A stretch of DNA of 64,000 bases from an uncultured Gammaproteobacteria bacterium (GTDB lineage Bacteria; Patescibacteriota; Microgenomatia; JAMCZE01), in contig CAZXMM010000001.1 in the NCBI GenBank assembly GCA_964641255.1, positions 537,984 to 601,983 on the forward strand, read 5' to 3'. Below are positions 16,264 to 25,375 of the stretch, piece after piece. Position 1 is the stretch's first letter. Each line of letters opens with the position of its first letter. The notes under the pieces are model-generated. The model ran no database searches and had not been told where the DNA came from. It was given only the letters and a program-made list of their open reading frames with translations. A program made the position numbers and the translations under genes.

Positions 16264-18069
16264 ATGAACGCAATGAAAGGGACTCAGTTTACTAATACAG
16301 AGATTGCCCGGCTTTTTAGAAAAGTGGCTGCCGCTTACACCATAAGTGGCGAAAATCGCTTCAAAGTTATTGCCTACGATAATGCAGCCACCGCTGTGGA
16401 GCACGCTACTTCGGAATTAAAAGACCTGTGGGAAGAAGGAGAGCTTGAAAGTGTCCCCGGCCTTGGCTCCTCAATCATTGGGCACCTTGACGAACTTTTT
16501 AGAAATGGATCGTCTAAGCATTTTGAGGCGGTTCTAGCAAAAGTCAATCCTGCCGTTTTTCCCCTTCTTGAAGTGCCCGGGATTGGACCCAAAAAAGCCG
16601 GAAAACTGGTCGAAATTCTCCACCTTAGCAGCGCCGCTACCGCGATAGCTGATTTAAAAAAAGCGGCAAAGGACGGTAGAATCGCTGAAATAGAGAGTTT
16701 TGGAGAGAAAAGCGAACAAGATATTCTCGCTAACATCGAGCGTCACTCGAAAGGAGCCATTAAAGAAAAAAGGATGGTGCTTCCCCTTGCTTCCCGAATT
16801 GCTGATGAAATTACAGAGTACATGCAAAAGAAACTGGGAAGTAAAATTGTGAAGATTGATCGTTTGGGCAGTCTGAGGCGCCAGGTCGCCACTATTGGTG
16901 ATTTAGATTTTGCTGTGGCCACCAATCATTTTGAGGACGTCATTGATGCTTTTGTGAGTTTCCCTGGGACTGCCAGTCTGATTGAGCGTGGTCCCACGGG
17001 GGCTTCAATTCTTTTGGGCCTGGGCAGGCAAGCAGATTTGAGAGTGTCAAAGCCAAAAGATTATGGGGCGATGCTGCAGTACTTTACCGGATCTAAATAC
17101 CACAATATTCTTCTTCGCGAATACGCTCTTAAGAAGGGTCTATCTTTAAATGAATACGGGATTAAAAACCTTAAAGTGAAGAATGGACAGCCCAAACCAT
17201 TCGAGACGGAAGAAGAACTCTATAATTTTCTGGGTCTTGATTATATTGCCCCCGAACTTAGGGAGGACAGCGGTGAGCTTGAAGCAGCCAAAAATCATAC
17301 CCTCCCCAAACTTGTAGAGCTTAAAGATATTAAGGGGGATTTACAGGTTCATTCAAGCTTTGATTTGGAAACCAGTCACGATGCGGGAAAGGATTCAATG
17401 CCGGATATTCGGCTAATGGCGAAGAGGCTAGGGTACGACTATGTAGGAATTACCAATCACAACCCCTCTTCAAAACACACGACGGAACAAATAGTGGCGA
17501 AACTTAGGAGCCAAAACGAATATATAGAACACTTAAATAGCTCGACTAAAGGCACTCGAGTAATAGGCTTACTCGAAGTCGATATTTCACCCGATGGGAC
17601 TCTTCCAGTACCCCAAGAGGGTCTTGATTATTTGGACGGCTGCCTGGTGTCGATCCACTCCTCATTTCAAATGGACAAAGAGGCGATGACTAAAAGAGTC
17701 TTACTGGGACTTAGTAACCCGGTAGCAAAGATTCTTGCCCACCCCACAGGCAGGTTGCTAACTGAGCGCGAGGGCTTCGAACTGGATTGGGATAAGGTTT
17801 TCTCTTTCTGTATTGCCAATGACAAAGCGGTTGAAATTAATTGTTATCCCAACCGTTTAGACTTGCCCGATACTTTGGTTCGGGAGGCAGTAAAGCGGGG
17901 AGTGTTACTGTCTTTGGGGACCGACTCTCACGCCGCCGTTGATATGGATAACATGCGGTTTGGAGTGTCAGTAGCCAGACGGGGGTGGGCGGAAGCGAAA
18001 AATATTATTAATTCTTGGGAGTATAATAGACTCATAAAGTGGATGCGAACTAGGAAGGTGGTGAACTAA
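16264..18069 (+). CDS. polX: DNA polymerase X family protein with C-terminal PHP domain
   Basis: NTEIARLFRKVAAAYTISGENRFKVIAYDNAA is the Pol beta-like N-terminus. HhH GIGPKKAGK is present, and the C-terminal half is PHP-like (HSSFD...SHD...HT). Confidence 0.8.
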   Translation: MNAMKGTQFTNTEIARLFRKVAAAYTISGENRFKVIAYDNAATAVEHATSELKDLWEEGELESVPGLGSSIIGHLDELFRNGSSKHFEAVLAKVNPAVFPLLEVPGIGPKKAGKLVEILHLSSAATAIADLKKAAKDGRIAEIESFGEKSEQDILANIERHSKGAIKEKRMVLPLASRIADEITEYMQKKLGSKIVKIDRLGSLRRQVATIGDLDFAVATNHFEDVIDAFVSFPGTASLIERGPTGASILLGLGRQADLRVSKPKDYGAMLQYFTGSKYHNILLREYALKKGLSLNEYGIKNLKVKNGQPKPFETEEELYNFLGLDYIAPELREDSGELEAAKNHTLPKLVELKDIKGDLQVHSSFDLETSHDAGKDSMPDIRLMAKRLGYDYVGITNHNPSSKHTTEQIVAKLRSQNEYIEHLNSSTKGTRVIGLLEVDISPDGTLPVPQEGLDYLDGCLVSIHSSFQMDKEAMTKRVLLGLSNPVAKILAHPTGRLLTEREGFELDWDKVFSFCIANDKAVEINCYPNRLDLPDTLVREAVKRGVLLSLGTDSHAAVDMDNMRFGVSVARRGWAEAKNIINSWEYNRLIKWMRTRKVVN

Positions 18070-18072
18070 TTT

Positions 18073-18633
18073 ATGCCAATGCTATACATTATTCTTGGAG
18101 CTATTGCCCTCATCGTTGTCTTTTTATGGATGACGTACAACTCGCTAGTCACAAAAAAGCTGCGCGTTGATGAGGCTTGGAGTCAAATCGACGTCCAACT
18201 CAAAAGACGCATTGATCTTATCCCCAATTTGGTAGAAGCGGTAAAGGGCTACGCCAAACACGAAAAAAGCGTTTTTGAGCAAGTAACCAAGGCAAGGTCC
18301 GCGCTCATGGGAGCCAAGGACCCGGAGCAAAAAGCCGCCGCTGATAACATGTTAACGGGAGCTTTAAAATCAATCTTTGCGGTTGCTGAAGCTTATCCCC
18401 AGCTGCGGGCTAATGAGAACTTTCAACAGTTACAGGAGCAGTTAACGGACACTGAGGATAAAGTCGCTTACAGTCGTCAGTTCTATAACAACGTAGTCAT
18501 GGACTATAACACGGCGCTGATGGTCTTTCCGACTGTTCTTTTTGCCCCGATGCTCGGGTTTAAGTCCGCGGAGTTCTTTGGCAAGGATTTAAAAGATTCT
18601 GACAAGGAACCAGTCAAGGTGAAATTTGACTAA
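18073..18633 (+). CDS. lemA: LemA family protein
   Basis: N-terminal TM, then [34 protein letters not shown]...[11 protein letters not shown], typical of LemA. Confidence 0.8.
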   Translation: MPMLYIILGAIALIVVFLWMTYNSLVTKKLRVDEAWSQIDVQLKRRIDLIPNLVEAVKGYAKHEKSVFEQVTKARSALMGAKDPEQKAAADNMLTGALKSIFAVAEAYPQLRANENFQQLQEQLTDTEDKVAYSRQFYNNVVMDYNTALMVFPTVLFAPMLGFKSAEFFGKDLKDSDKEPVKVKFD

Positions 18634-18718
18634 GTACCTGCCTAGAGTCCAGATAGTGGGCGGTCAGATATAATAGTTTGACGCCCAGGAATCTGGATCT
18701 CTTAGGTTTTAATTCAAA

Positions 18719-19615
18719 ATGACAATTTATTCTGAAATTGCTAGCAACAAACGCCGCACCTGGTTAGTTATGATCCTCTTTATTGTATTTATCGCCACCA
18801 TTGCCTTTGTTTTTGGCCGGGCGTCAGGCGAGGGTTATGCCTTTGCTGGCATAGCTGTCGTGGTTTCTGGGTTAATCTCGATTTGGAGTTATTTCTTCTC
18901 TGACGGCCTGGTTCTGGGGATTTCTGGAGCCAAACAGATTGCAGAAAATGACAATCCCGAACTATTTCATCTGGTCCAGAATATGACAATAGCGAGCGGT
19001 CTGCCTATGCCCAAGATCTATCTTATTCATGACTCCTCCCCCAACGCCTTTGCTACTGGCAGAGACCCTAAGCACTCTTCAGTAGCGGTGACGACCGGAT
19101 TACTAGAAAAACTGGACCGAGTGGAACTGGAAGGGGTCATAGCTCATGAGATGTCCCACATTCAAAATTATGATATTCGCCTGATGGCGGTAGTGACAAT
19201 CCTCGTCGGCTCAGTGTCTCTGCTGGCCGACTGGTTTGCTAGGAGCCTGTGGTGGGGTGGGGGGGATAGTGATAAGGGAAGTAGCAAGCTTGAGGTGATT
19301 CTTATGATTCTTGGTCTAGTTCTAGCAGTCTTGTCTCCACTTATTGCCACTCTGATCCAACTGGCTATTAGTAGACGCAGGGAATTTCTGGCCGATGCCA
19401 GCGCTGCTTTGATGACGAGGCATCCAGAGGGATTAGCCAGAGCGCTCGAGAAGATTGCTGCCGATCGCCGGGTGCCCCAGTTTGCTAATAATGCCACTGC
19501 CCACCTTTTTATTGTGAACCCTTTTAAAGGGAAAGACCTAGCCTCAAAGCTGAGTGGACTATTTGACACCCACCCTCCCACAGCAGAACGCGTCGCCGCC
19601 CTTAGGTCAATGTAG
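18719..19615 (+). CDS. htpX: Zinc metalloprotease HtpX (M48 family)
   Basis: HEMSHIQNYD is the HExxH motif. There are 4 TM segments and the C-terminal DTHPPTAERV motif. Confidence 0.85.
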   Translation: MTIYSEIASNKRRTWLVMILFIVFIATIAFVFGRASGEGYAFAGIAVVVSGLISIWSYFFSDGLVLGISGAKQIAENDNPELFHLVQNMTIASGLPMPKIYLIHDSSPNAFATGRDPKHSSVAVTTGLLEKLDRVELEGVIAHEMSHIQNYDIRLMAVVTILVGSVSLLADWFARSLWWGGGDSDKGSSKLEVILMILGLVLAVLSPLIATLIQLAISRRREFLADASAALMTRHPEGLARALEKIAADRRVPQFANNATAHLFIVNPFKGKDLASKLSGLFDTHPPTAERVAALRSM

Positions 19616-19638
19616 GTTGGGTTTTCTTCGCTATTGTA

Positions 19639-20958
19639 GTGTTACAATTCAATACAATGACTGTAATCTTTTGCCTGCTAGCTCGCTGTCTCGGCTTTAT
19701 ATTTTGCAACTTAAGACTTGGTACCGGGGTAACTTGGTCGGGAGAGCTGGCTTTAAAGGTACGGCCAAATATTCTTTCCCAGTTAATTCCCACCACCTCC
19801 CCCGTTATTCTCATTGCCGGCACCAACGGTAAAACCACTACCGCCAAGATGGTTAAAACCATTTTGGAGTCAAAATATCAGGTAATCTGTAACGAGACCG
19901 GCGCAAATTTAGTCAACGGGTTAGTGGGGACAATTCTTACTCAGCAGCCACTTTTTTCTAAAAAACAAGCAGCTTATGTATTCGAAATTGACGAATCTAG
20001 TCTTCCCCTGGCTTTAAAAGCTTTTAAACCGACAACACTCGTCCTGCTTAACCTTTTCCGTGATCAACTTGACCGTTATGGTGAGGTCGACACCATTGTA
20101 GCAAAATGGGAACAGGCATTTAGCTCGAGTGATTTGAGTAAGACTAACTTAATTGTCAACGGAGACGACCCGCAATTGGCCTATCTCGGGCAGAAGTATA
20201 GCTCTAAAGTTTTTGGACTAAAAACTTTTGGCCTTAACAATAGTGACTATTATCTCTCTGCCAGTGACCACGCCACTGATTCAATTTTTTGTCCCGCGTG
20301 TGGCCACCGCTTAGTTTTTACCGGTGTTTATTTTTCCCATTTGGGTACTTGGCACTGCTCTTCGTGTAATTTTAAGCAGCCTTCCTTTACTCTGTCGTCT
20401 CTAGATGTACACTCACCACTTGAAGGACTGTATAACCGCTATAACGTCATGGCCGCCCTTTTGGTAGCTGAAGCTACTGGGGTCAAAAAAGTAGTTGCAG
20501 CCGAGCGGCTAGTCGGGTTTAAGCCCGCTTTTGGTAGGCTAGAAGAGCTCAAATATCAAAACAAAAATGTCAAAGTCTTATTATCTAAAAATCCTGCTGG
20601 CTTTACGGTGTCTTTGCGAGCGCTGCTTGAGAGCTCCCAAAGAGGTCCAATTGTGCTTCTCCTTAATGACCACGTGGCTGACGGACGCGACGTCAGTTGG
20701 ATTTGGGATGTAGATTTCGAGCTTCTTAAAGGGTGCAAATTTCCCATTTATGTTAGTGGTACCCGCGCTTATGATTTAGGATTAAGACTCAAATATGCGT
20801 TAGGAGCAACCGGCGACTTTATGATTGATCTAGATTTAAAAAGTACGATTAATAGGGCGGTGGTCAAAGCTAAAACCGAGGAAACCATCTGGGTGCTTGG
20901 AACTTATACAGCGATGCTGGAAGCACGGAAAATTCTCACGGGCAGAAAGATACTCTAG
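19639..20958 (+). CDS. murT: Lipid II isoglutaminyl synthase subunit MurT (Mur ligase family)
   Basis: IAGTNGKTTTAKMV is the Mur ligase P-loop. The Cys-rich CPACGHR...CSSC insertion and the C-terminal DUF1727-like region are typical of MurT. It is followed by gatD. Confidence 0.75.
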   Translation: MLQFNTMTVIFCLLARCLGFIFCNLRLGTGVTWSGELALKVRPNILSQLIPTTSPVILIAGTNGKTTTAKMVKTILESKYQVICNETGANLVNGLVGTILTQQPLFSKKQAAYVFEIDESSLPLALKAFKPTTLVLLNLFRDQLDRYGEVDTIVAKWEQAFSSSDLSKTNLIVNGDDPQLAYLGQKYSSKVFGLKTFGLNNSDYYLSASDHATDSIFCPACGHRLVFTGVYFSHLGTWHCSSCNFKQPSFTLSSLDVHSPLEGLYNRYNVMAALLVAEATGVKKVVAAERLVGFKPAFGRLEELKYQNKNVKVLLSKNPAGFTVSLRALLESSQRGPIVLLLNDHVADGRDVSWIWDVDFELLKGCKFPIYVSGTRAYDLGLRLKYALGATGDFMIDLDLKSTINRAVVKAKTEETIWVLGTYTAMLEARKILTGRKIL

Positions 20959-20965
20959 AAACTCT

Positions 20966-21736
20966 ATGAACTTAGAACTAACTATTGGTTGGCTTTATCC
21001 AGAACTGATGTCGACTTACGGTGACCGGGGCAATATTTTTGTCTTGGAAAAAAGATGTAAGTGGCGCGGCATTAAGGTTGTCGTCCAGCCAATCGATTTT
21101 GGCACCAGCAAGGCCCTACTAACAAGCTGCGATCTTATTATTGGTGGCGGGTCACAAGATAGACAGCAAGAATTAGCAATCGAAGACATGCTCAAAAAGA
21201 AAGAAAGCTTAAAAGCGCTTTTTGACAGGGGAGTCCCGGGACTTTTTGTGTGTGGCTCTCCCCAACTACTGGGGCATTTCTACATGACCGGGGAAGGGAA
21301 AAAACTTCCCGGACTGGGACTCTTTGATATGGAGTCAAGGCATTTTGGCCATGATAAACCCCGGTGTATTGGCAATACCGTGGGCAGGATCACCGACCGG
21401 TTTAGGCTGCCGGGGCTAGAGTATAAAAATACCATTGTCGGGTTTGAAAACCATGGGGGCAGGACTTACCTAGGAAAAGTAGAGCCGTTTGCTAAGGTGC
21501 TAGTCGGTTTTGGCAATAATGGAGAAGATGGCACGGAGGGTGCCATCTATGAAAATGTTATCGCTTGTTACTCTCATGGTCCGTTTCTGCCCAAAAATCC
21601 GCACCTGGCCGACTACCTGATAAGTTGTGCCCTTGAGACCAAGTACAAAAAACCAGTACAATTGAAACCACTGGATGATACGCTCGAGTGGCAAGCCCAT
21701 ACTTTTATGCTAAAAAAATTGGGCGTAAATAGATAG
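20966..21736 (+). CDS. gatD: Lipid II isoglutaminyl synthase glutaminase subunit GatD (CobB/CobQ-like GATase)
   Basis: MNLELTIGWLYPELMSTYGDRGNI...LIIGGGSQ...FVCGSPQLLGH matches GatD. The start is taken at the internal ATG at 20966 to avoid overlap with murT. Confidence 0.7.
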   Translation: MNLELTIGWLYPELMSTYGDRGNIFVLEKRCKWRGIKVVVQPIDFGTSKALLTSCDLIIGGGSQDRQQELAIEDMLKKKESLKALFDRGVPGLFVCGSPQLLGHFYMTGEGKKLPGLGLFDMESRHFGHDKPRCIGNTVGRITDRFRLPGLEYKNTIVGFENHGGRTYLGKVEPFAKVLVGFGNNGEDGTEGAIYENVIACYSHGPFLPKNPHLADYLISCALETKYKKPVQLKPLDDTLEWQAHTFMLKKLGVNR

Positions 21737-21738
21737 TT

Positions 21739-22032
21739 ATGACTAGTTTAAAACTTAGTACTAAGGAAGTAAAACACGTCGCGACGTTAGCGGCGCTTCC
21801 TTTATCCGAAAAGGAACTACTACAATTTGGCCAAGAACTGTCAGCCACTGTCGACTATGTGTCCCATCTAAACGAACTGGATACTAGCGATATTATTCCC
21901 ACTCCCCAGGTTACTGAGAAGACCAATGAACTGCGAGATGACGTTGTCACCCCTTCACTGCCCCAGGAACTAGCGCTCAAAAATGGCAAAACCCATAACG
22001 GTTACTTTGTCAGCAAGATTTCATGGAGTTAA
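21739..22032 (+). CDS. gatC: Asp/Glu-tRNA amidotransferase subunit C
   Basis: 97 aa immediately upstream of gatA, overlapping it. The N-terminal VKHVATLAALPLSEKEL is GatC-like. Confidence 0.7.
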   Translation: MTSLKLSTKEVKHVATLAALPLSEKELLQFGQELSATVDYVSHLNELDTSDIIPTPQVTEKTNELRDDVVTPSLPQELALKNGKTHNGYFVSKISWS

Positions 22033-23417
22033 ATACCTTAACTGTCACTGAGGCCCAAAAGGGCTTAGCAAAAAAAAAGTTTTCTTCGTTTGATTTGGTC
22101 AGTGCTTGTTTTGCCCGAATCAGCGAGGTGGATACCAAACTCCACGCTTTTTTAGCTCTAACAAAAGAGGCAGCGCTTAAGCAGGCTAAGGAAGTGACTG
22201 CCACACCGTCAAAAGACCAACCACTACTGGGTATTCCTTTCGCCGTTAAAGACAATTTTAATACCGAGGGGCTAGAGACAACTGCTGCCTCCAATATCCT
22301 TAAGGGATATATTCCTCCTTACGATGCCACGGTAGTAGCTAAGCTAAAAGCAGCCGGGGCAATTATTTTGGGAAAAACCAATCTGGACGCTTTTGCTCAC
22401 GGCTCATCAACTGAGACTAGCGACTTTGGCCCCACTCTTAACCCTTGGAACACCGACTATTTACCTGGGGGATCCTCGGGTGGAGCCGCCGCTGCCATAG
22501 TGAGTGATGAAACTATTGGCTCTATCGGCAGTGAAACCGCCGGCTCAGTGCGCGGCCCCGCCGCTTGGTGTGGGTGTGTGGGCCTAAAGCCCACTTACGG
22601 ACGAGTCAGCCGCTACGGGCTTATTGCCATGGCCTCCTCCACTGATTGCCCGGGTCCACTGGCAAAAAATGTCGCTGATGCCAAATTAGTCCTAGAGCTT
22701 CTTTCTGGTTTTGATCCCCACGATGCCACTTCGAGTCACAAAGAGTTAGATCTGAGTATTTTTAAACCAACTAAGCAGTTAAAGATAGGACTACCAAAGC
22801 AGTATTTTCGTTCAGAATCACAAAGTGGCATTAACGAAGCGGTGCTGGAAGCGGCTAGAGTGTTAGAGACACTGGGAGCCAAACTCGTCGAGGTAGAAAG
22901 CTTTGATCCAACATATGCCGTCTCTGTTTACACCATTTTGCAGCGGTCGGAAGTATCTTCCAATCTAGCCCGCTTTGATGGTATTCGTTTTGGTAAAACC
23001 AGAGACCAGTTTAACGCCGAAAACAAACGGCGCATCATGTTGGGAACCTACACTCTGTCGGCGGGCTACTACGACGCCTACTATAAAAAGGCCCAACAGG
23101 TTAGGACGCTGATTGTACAGGATTTTACCAAGCTGTTTGGTATGGTAGATTTGCTGTTGGCCCCCACTCTTCCGTCTGTGGCTCCGAAAAAGGGTGCTAC
23201 TGAGGGTGAGCCGATGTGGGGGGAACTGGCGGATATTTTAACTGAGCCCAGTAGTATTGCCGGTCTGCCGGGGATAAGTTTACCCTGTGGTTTTATAAAT
23301 GGTTTACCGGTGGGGATGCAACTAATTGGTCCCCAATTTTCTGAGGCTCAAGTCTTAGCTACCGCGGCTGATTTTGAAAAAAATACTGATTGGCATAGAC
23401 AAAAACCTGCTTTGTAA
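22023..23417 (+). CDS. gatA: Asp/Glu-tRNA amidotransferase subunit A (amidase)
   Basis: Amidase signature GGSSGGAAAAIV...GSIGSETAGSVRGPA. Confidence 0.85.
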   Translation: MELNTLTVTEAQKGLAKKKFSSFDLVSACFARISEVDTKLHAFLALTKEAALKQAKEVTATPSKDQPLLGIPFAVKDNFNTEGLETTAASNILKGYIPPYDATVVAKLKAAGAIILGKTNLDAFAHGSSTETSDFGPTLNPWNTDYLPGGSSGGAAAAIVSDETIGSIGSETAGSVRGPAAWCGCVGLKPTYGRVSRYGLIAMASSTDCPGPLAKNVADAKLVLELLSGFDPHDATSSHKELDLSIFKPTKQLKIGLPKQYFRSESQSGINEAVLEAARVLETLGAKLVEVESFDPTYAVSVYTILQRSEVSSNLARFDGIRFGKTRDQFNAENKRRIMLGTYTLSAGYYDAYYKKAQQVRTLIVQDFTKLFGMVDLLLAPTLPSVAPKKGATEGEPMWGELADILTEPSSIAGLPGISLPCGFINGLPVGMQLIGPQFSEAQVLATAADFEKNTDWHRQKPAL

Positions 23418-23419
23418 TT

Positions 23420-24772
23420 ATGGACAAAAAATACCATCCAGTCATCGGTCTGGAAGTTCATGTCGAACTCGCAACATTATCAAAAATGTTTTGTGGCTGT
23501 CGTGCTGATTACTTTGGCAAAGAGCCCAATACTCAGACTTGTCCGGTGTGTTTAGGACTACCTGGGGCACTGCCAATTCCCAATAAAAAAGCTATTGACT
23601 GGACAATTCGTCTGGGACTGGCGCTTAACTGCAGTGTCAATGAGCACTCCAAATTCGATCGTAAAAACTATTTTTATCCCGATCTGCCTAAGGGCTATCA
23701 GATTAGCCAGTATGACGAGCCGCTCTGCCAAAACGGCTCAATTGTAATTGGCAGCGGTGAAAGCGAAAAAGTAATTCGCATCAGGCGGGTCCATATCGAG
23801 GAGGACACCGGAAAATTGCAGCACGGTGTGCTTGATGAAGAAAAAGTCACCCTCGTGGATTTTAATCGTAGTGGAGTACCTCTGGTGGAAGTCGTTACAG
23901 AGCCGGATTTTAGCTCCATTGAGGAAGTTGACGAGTATGTTAAAAAGCTCCAGCAAATCATTCGTTACTTGAAAATTTCTGGGGCGGATATGGAAAAAGG
24001 GACCATGCGGCTAGAGCCGAGCATTTCCCTGACTACTGATTACAAGTTACCGCTTCCAAATTACCGGGTAGAGCTAAAAAACATTAATTCCTTCCGTTTC
24101 GCGAGGAAAGCGCTGGAGTACGAAGTAAAGCGCCAGACAGAAATACTTGCTAGGGGAGACATTCCTAGCCAGCAAACTCGCGGCTGGAATGAAGCCAAAA
24201 ATGAAACTGTCGCCCAAAGAGATAAAGAAGAAGCCAATGATTACCGTTATTTTCCTGAGCCGGATATTCCCCCACTGAGGATTACTAAGGACCAGGTCAC
24301 TAAAATTCGCTCCGAGCTCCCTGAGCTTCCTACTGCCAAAATTGCCCGTTTTGTCGAGGAGTATGCACTTAGAAATGATATTGCCGTCAACTTGACCGAG
24401 ACCACAGAGCGAGCAGATGCTTTTGAGACACTCGTAAGACGTGCCCGCAAACTAAAAACCCCAGAACTTATTGTGCCATCTGGTCCTACTATAATTGCAA
24501 ATTACTTGATAAATAGGCGAATCGTGATCGCGAATTTGAATCCTGATGAATGTCTCCAGCAAATATCCTTGAGTTTTGCTAAGAGAGCTAATGATGAGGG
24601 TCCGATTATTCAAGAAATCAAGAAAATTTTAGCTGGCAATACAGAAATGGTAGCAAAGTACCAAGCCGGGCAAAAAGGAGTGATTGGTTTTTTGATGAGC
24701 CAGCTGATAGCCAAGTTCCCAACTGTTAATAAGGGCCAATTGATGCAAAAACTTCAGGAAGCATTAGACTAA
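23420..24772 (+). CDS. gatB: Asp/Glu-tRNA amidotransferase subunit B
   Basis: MDKKYHPVIGLEVHVEL...CPVCLGLPGALP is the GatB N-terminus. Confidence 0.9.
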   Translation: MDKKYHPVIGLEVHVELATLSKMFCGCRADYFGKEPNTQTCPVCLGLPGALPIPNKKAIDWTIRLGLALNCSVNEHSKFDRKNYFYPDLPKGYQISQYDEPLCQNGSIVIGSGESEKVIRIRRVHIEEDTGKLQHGVLDEEKVTLVDFNRSGVPLVEVVTEPDFSSIEEVDEYVKKLQQIIRYLKISGADMEKGTMRLEPSISLTTDYKLPLPNYRVELKNINSFRFARKALEYEVKRQTEILARGDIPSQQTRGWNEAKNETVAQRDKEEANDYRYFPEPDIPPLRITKDQVTKIRSELPELPTAKIARFVEEYALRNDIAVNLTETTERADAFETLVRRARKLKTPELIVPSGPTIIANYLINRRIVIANLNPDECLQQISLSFAKRANDEGPIIQEIKKILAGNTEMVAKYQAGQKGVIGFLMSQLIAKFPTVNKGQLMQKLQEALD

Positions 24773-24778
24773 ACTGTT

Positions 24779-25357
24779 ATGGACTCAAGTGATCGTGCTG
24801 ATTTATCTACAGAAAAGCTACTCGGGGAAATTCGTATTCTTTGGGATCGTATCCGCGCCCTGGAAGCGGCTAATTATGCTCTTAAATTTGATCATAAAAC
24901 CAAGGCTCTGCGCGGAGATCTATCTGCTGATGAGATTGCGGGAGTTTATGCCCACGCGACCAAATACCACCTTAGCTTAACTATCATGCTGGTGGACCTT
25001 GACGATTTTAAGCTGGCGCAGGATAGTCGTAGTCATCTTTGGGGTGACGCAGTTTTAGCTGGAACCGTTGCTGATATTCACGCTCATCTGCGCACCTATG
25101 ATCTTATTTTTCGTTACGGAGCTGGTGACGAGTTTTTAATTATGATGACCGGGCTCAGTCTTGAGCTGGCTCACGTTGTTCGAGCTCGACTGGAGCAGGT
25201 GCTGGCACAGCGCACGGTCAGCGCCGATGGTTATAATGGTCAAGTGAGTGCGACGCTTGGTTTAGCTTTTGCCAGCCAGGCTCCATTTGAGGATTTGATA
25301 AAACAGGCGGACCAGGATTTGAAAGAGCGCAAACGGGAGAAAAAGGTGGGCCGATAG
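24779..25357 (+). CDS. Stand-alone GGDEF-domain protein with a degenerate GAGDEF active site
   Basis: LVDLDDFKLAQDSRSHLWGDAVL...RYGAGDEFLIMM matches the GGDEF domain core (DxDxFK...GH..GD..L...RxGGDEF) with the first Gly replaced by Ala. There is a short coiled-coil N-terminus and no sensor domain. Confidence 0.5.
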   Translation: MDSSDRADLSTEKLLGEIRILWDRIRALEAANYALKFDHKTKALRGDLSADEIAGVYAHATKYHLSLTIMLVDLDDFKLAQDSRSHLWGDAVLAGTVADIHAHLRTYDLIFRYGAGDEFLIMMTGLSLELAHVVRARLEQVLAQRTVSADGYNGQVSATLGLAFASQAPFEDLIKQADQDLKERKREKKVGR

Positions 25358-25375
25358 GGTATAGTGTTTTTGGCT

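Noticed and set aside
16126-16404. 92-aa minus-strand ORF
   Set aside because: It overlaps tRNA-Asp and the 5' end of polX. Almost certainly not coding.
19168-19581. 137-aa antisense ORF inside htpX. Similar antisense ORFs occur within uvrA, dnaE, typA and eno.
   Set aside because: These are embedded antisense or alternative-frame ORFs inside strongly supported conserved genes, with no independent signal.
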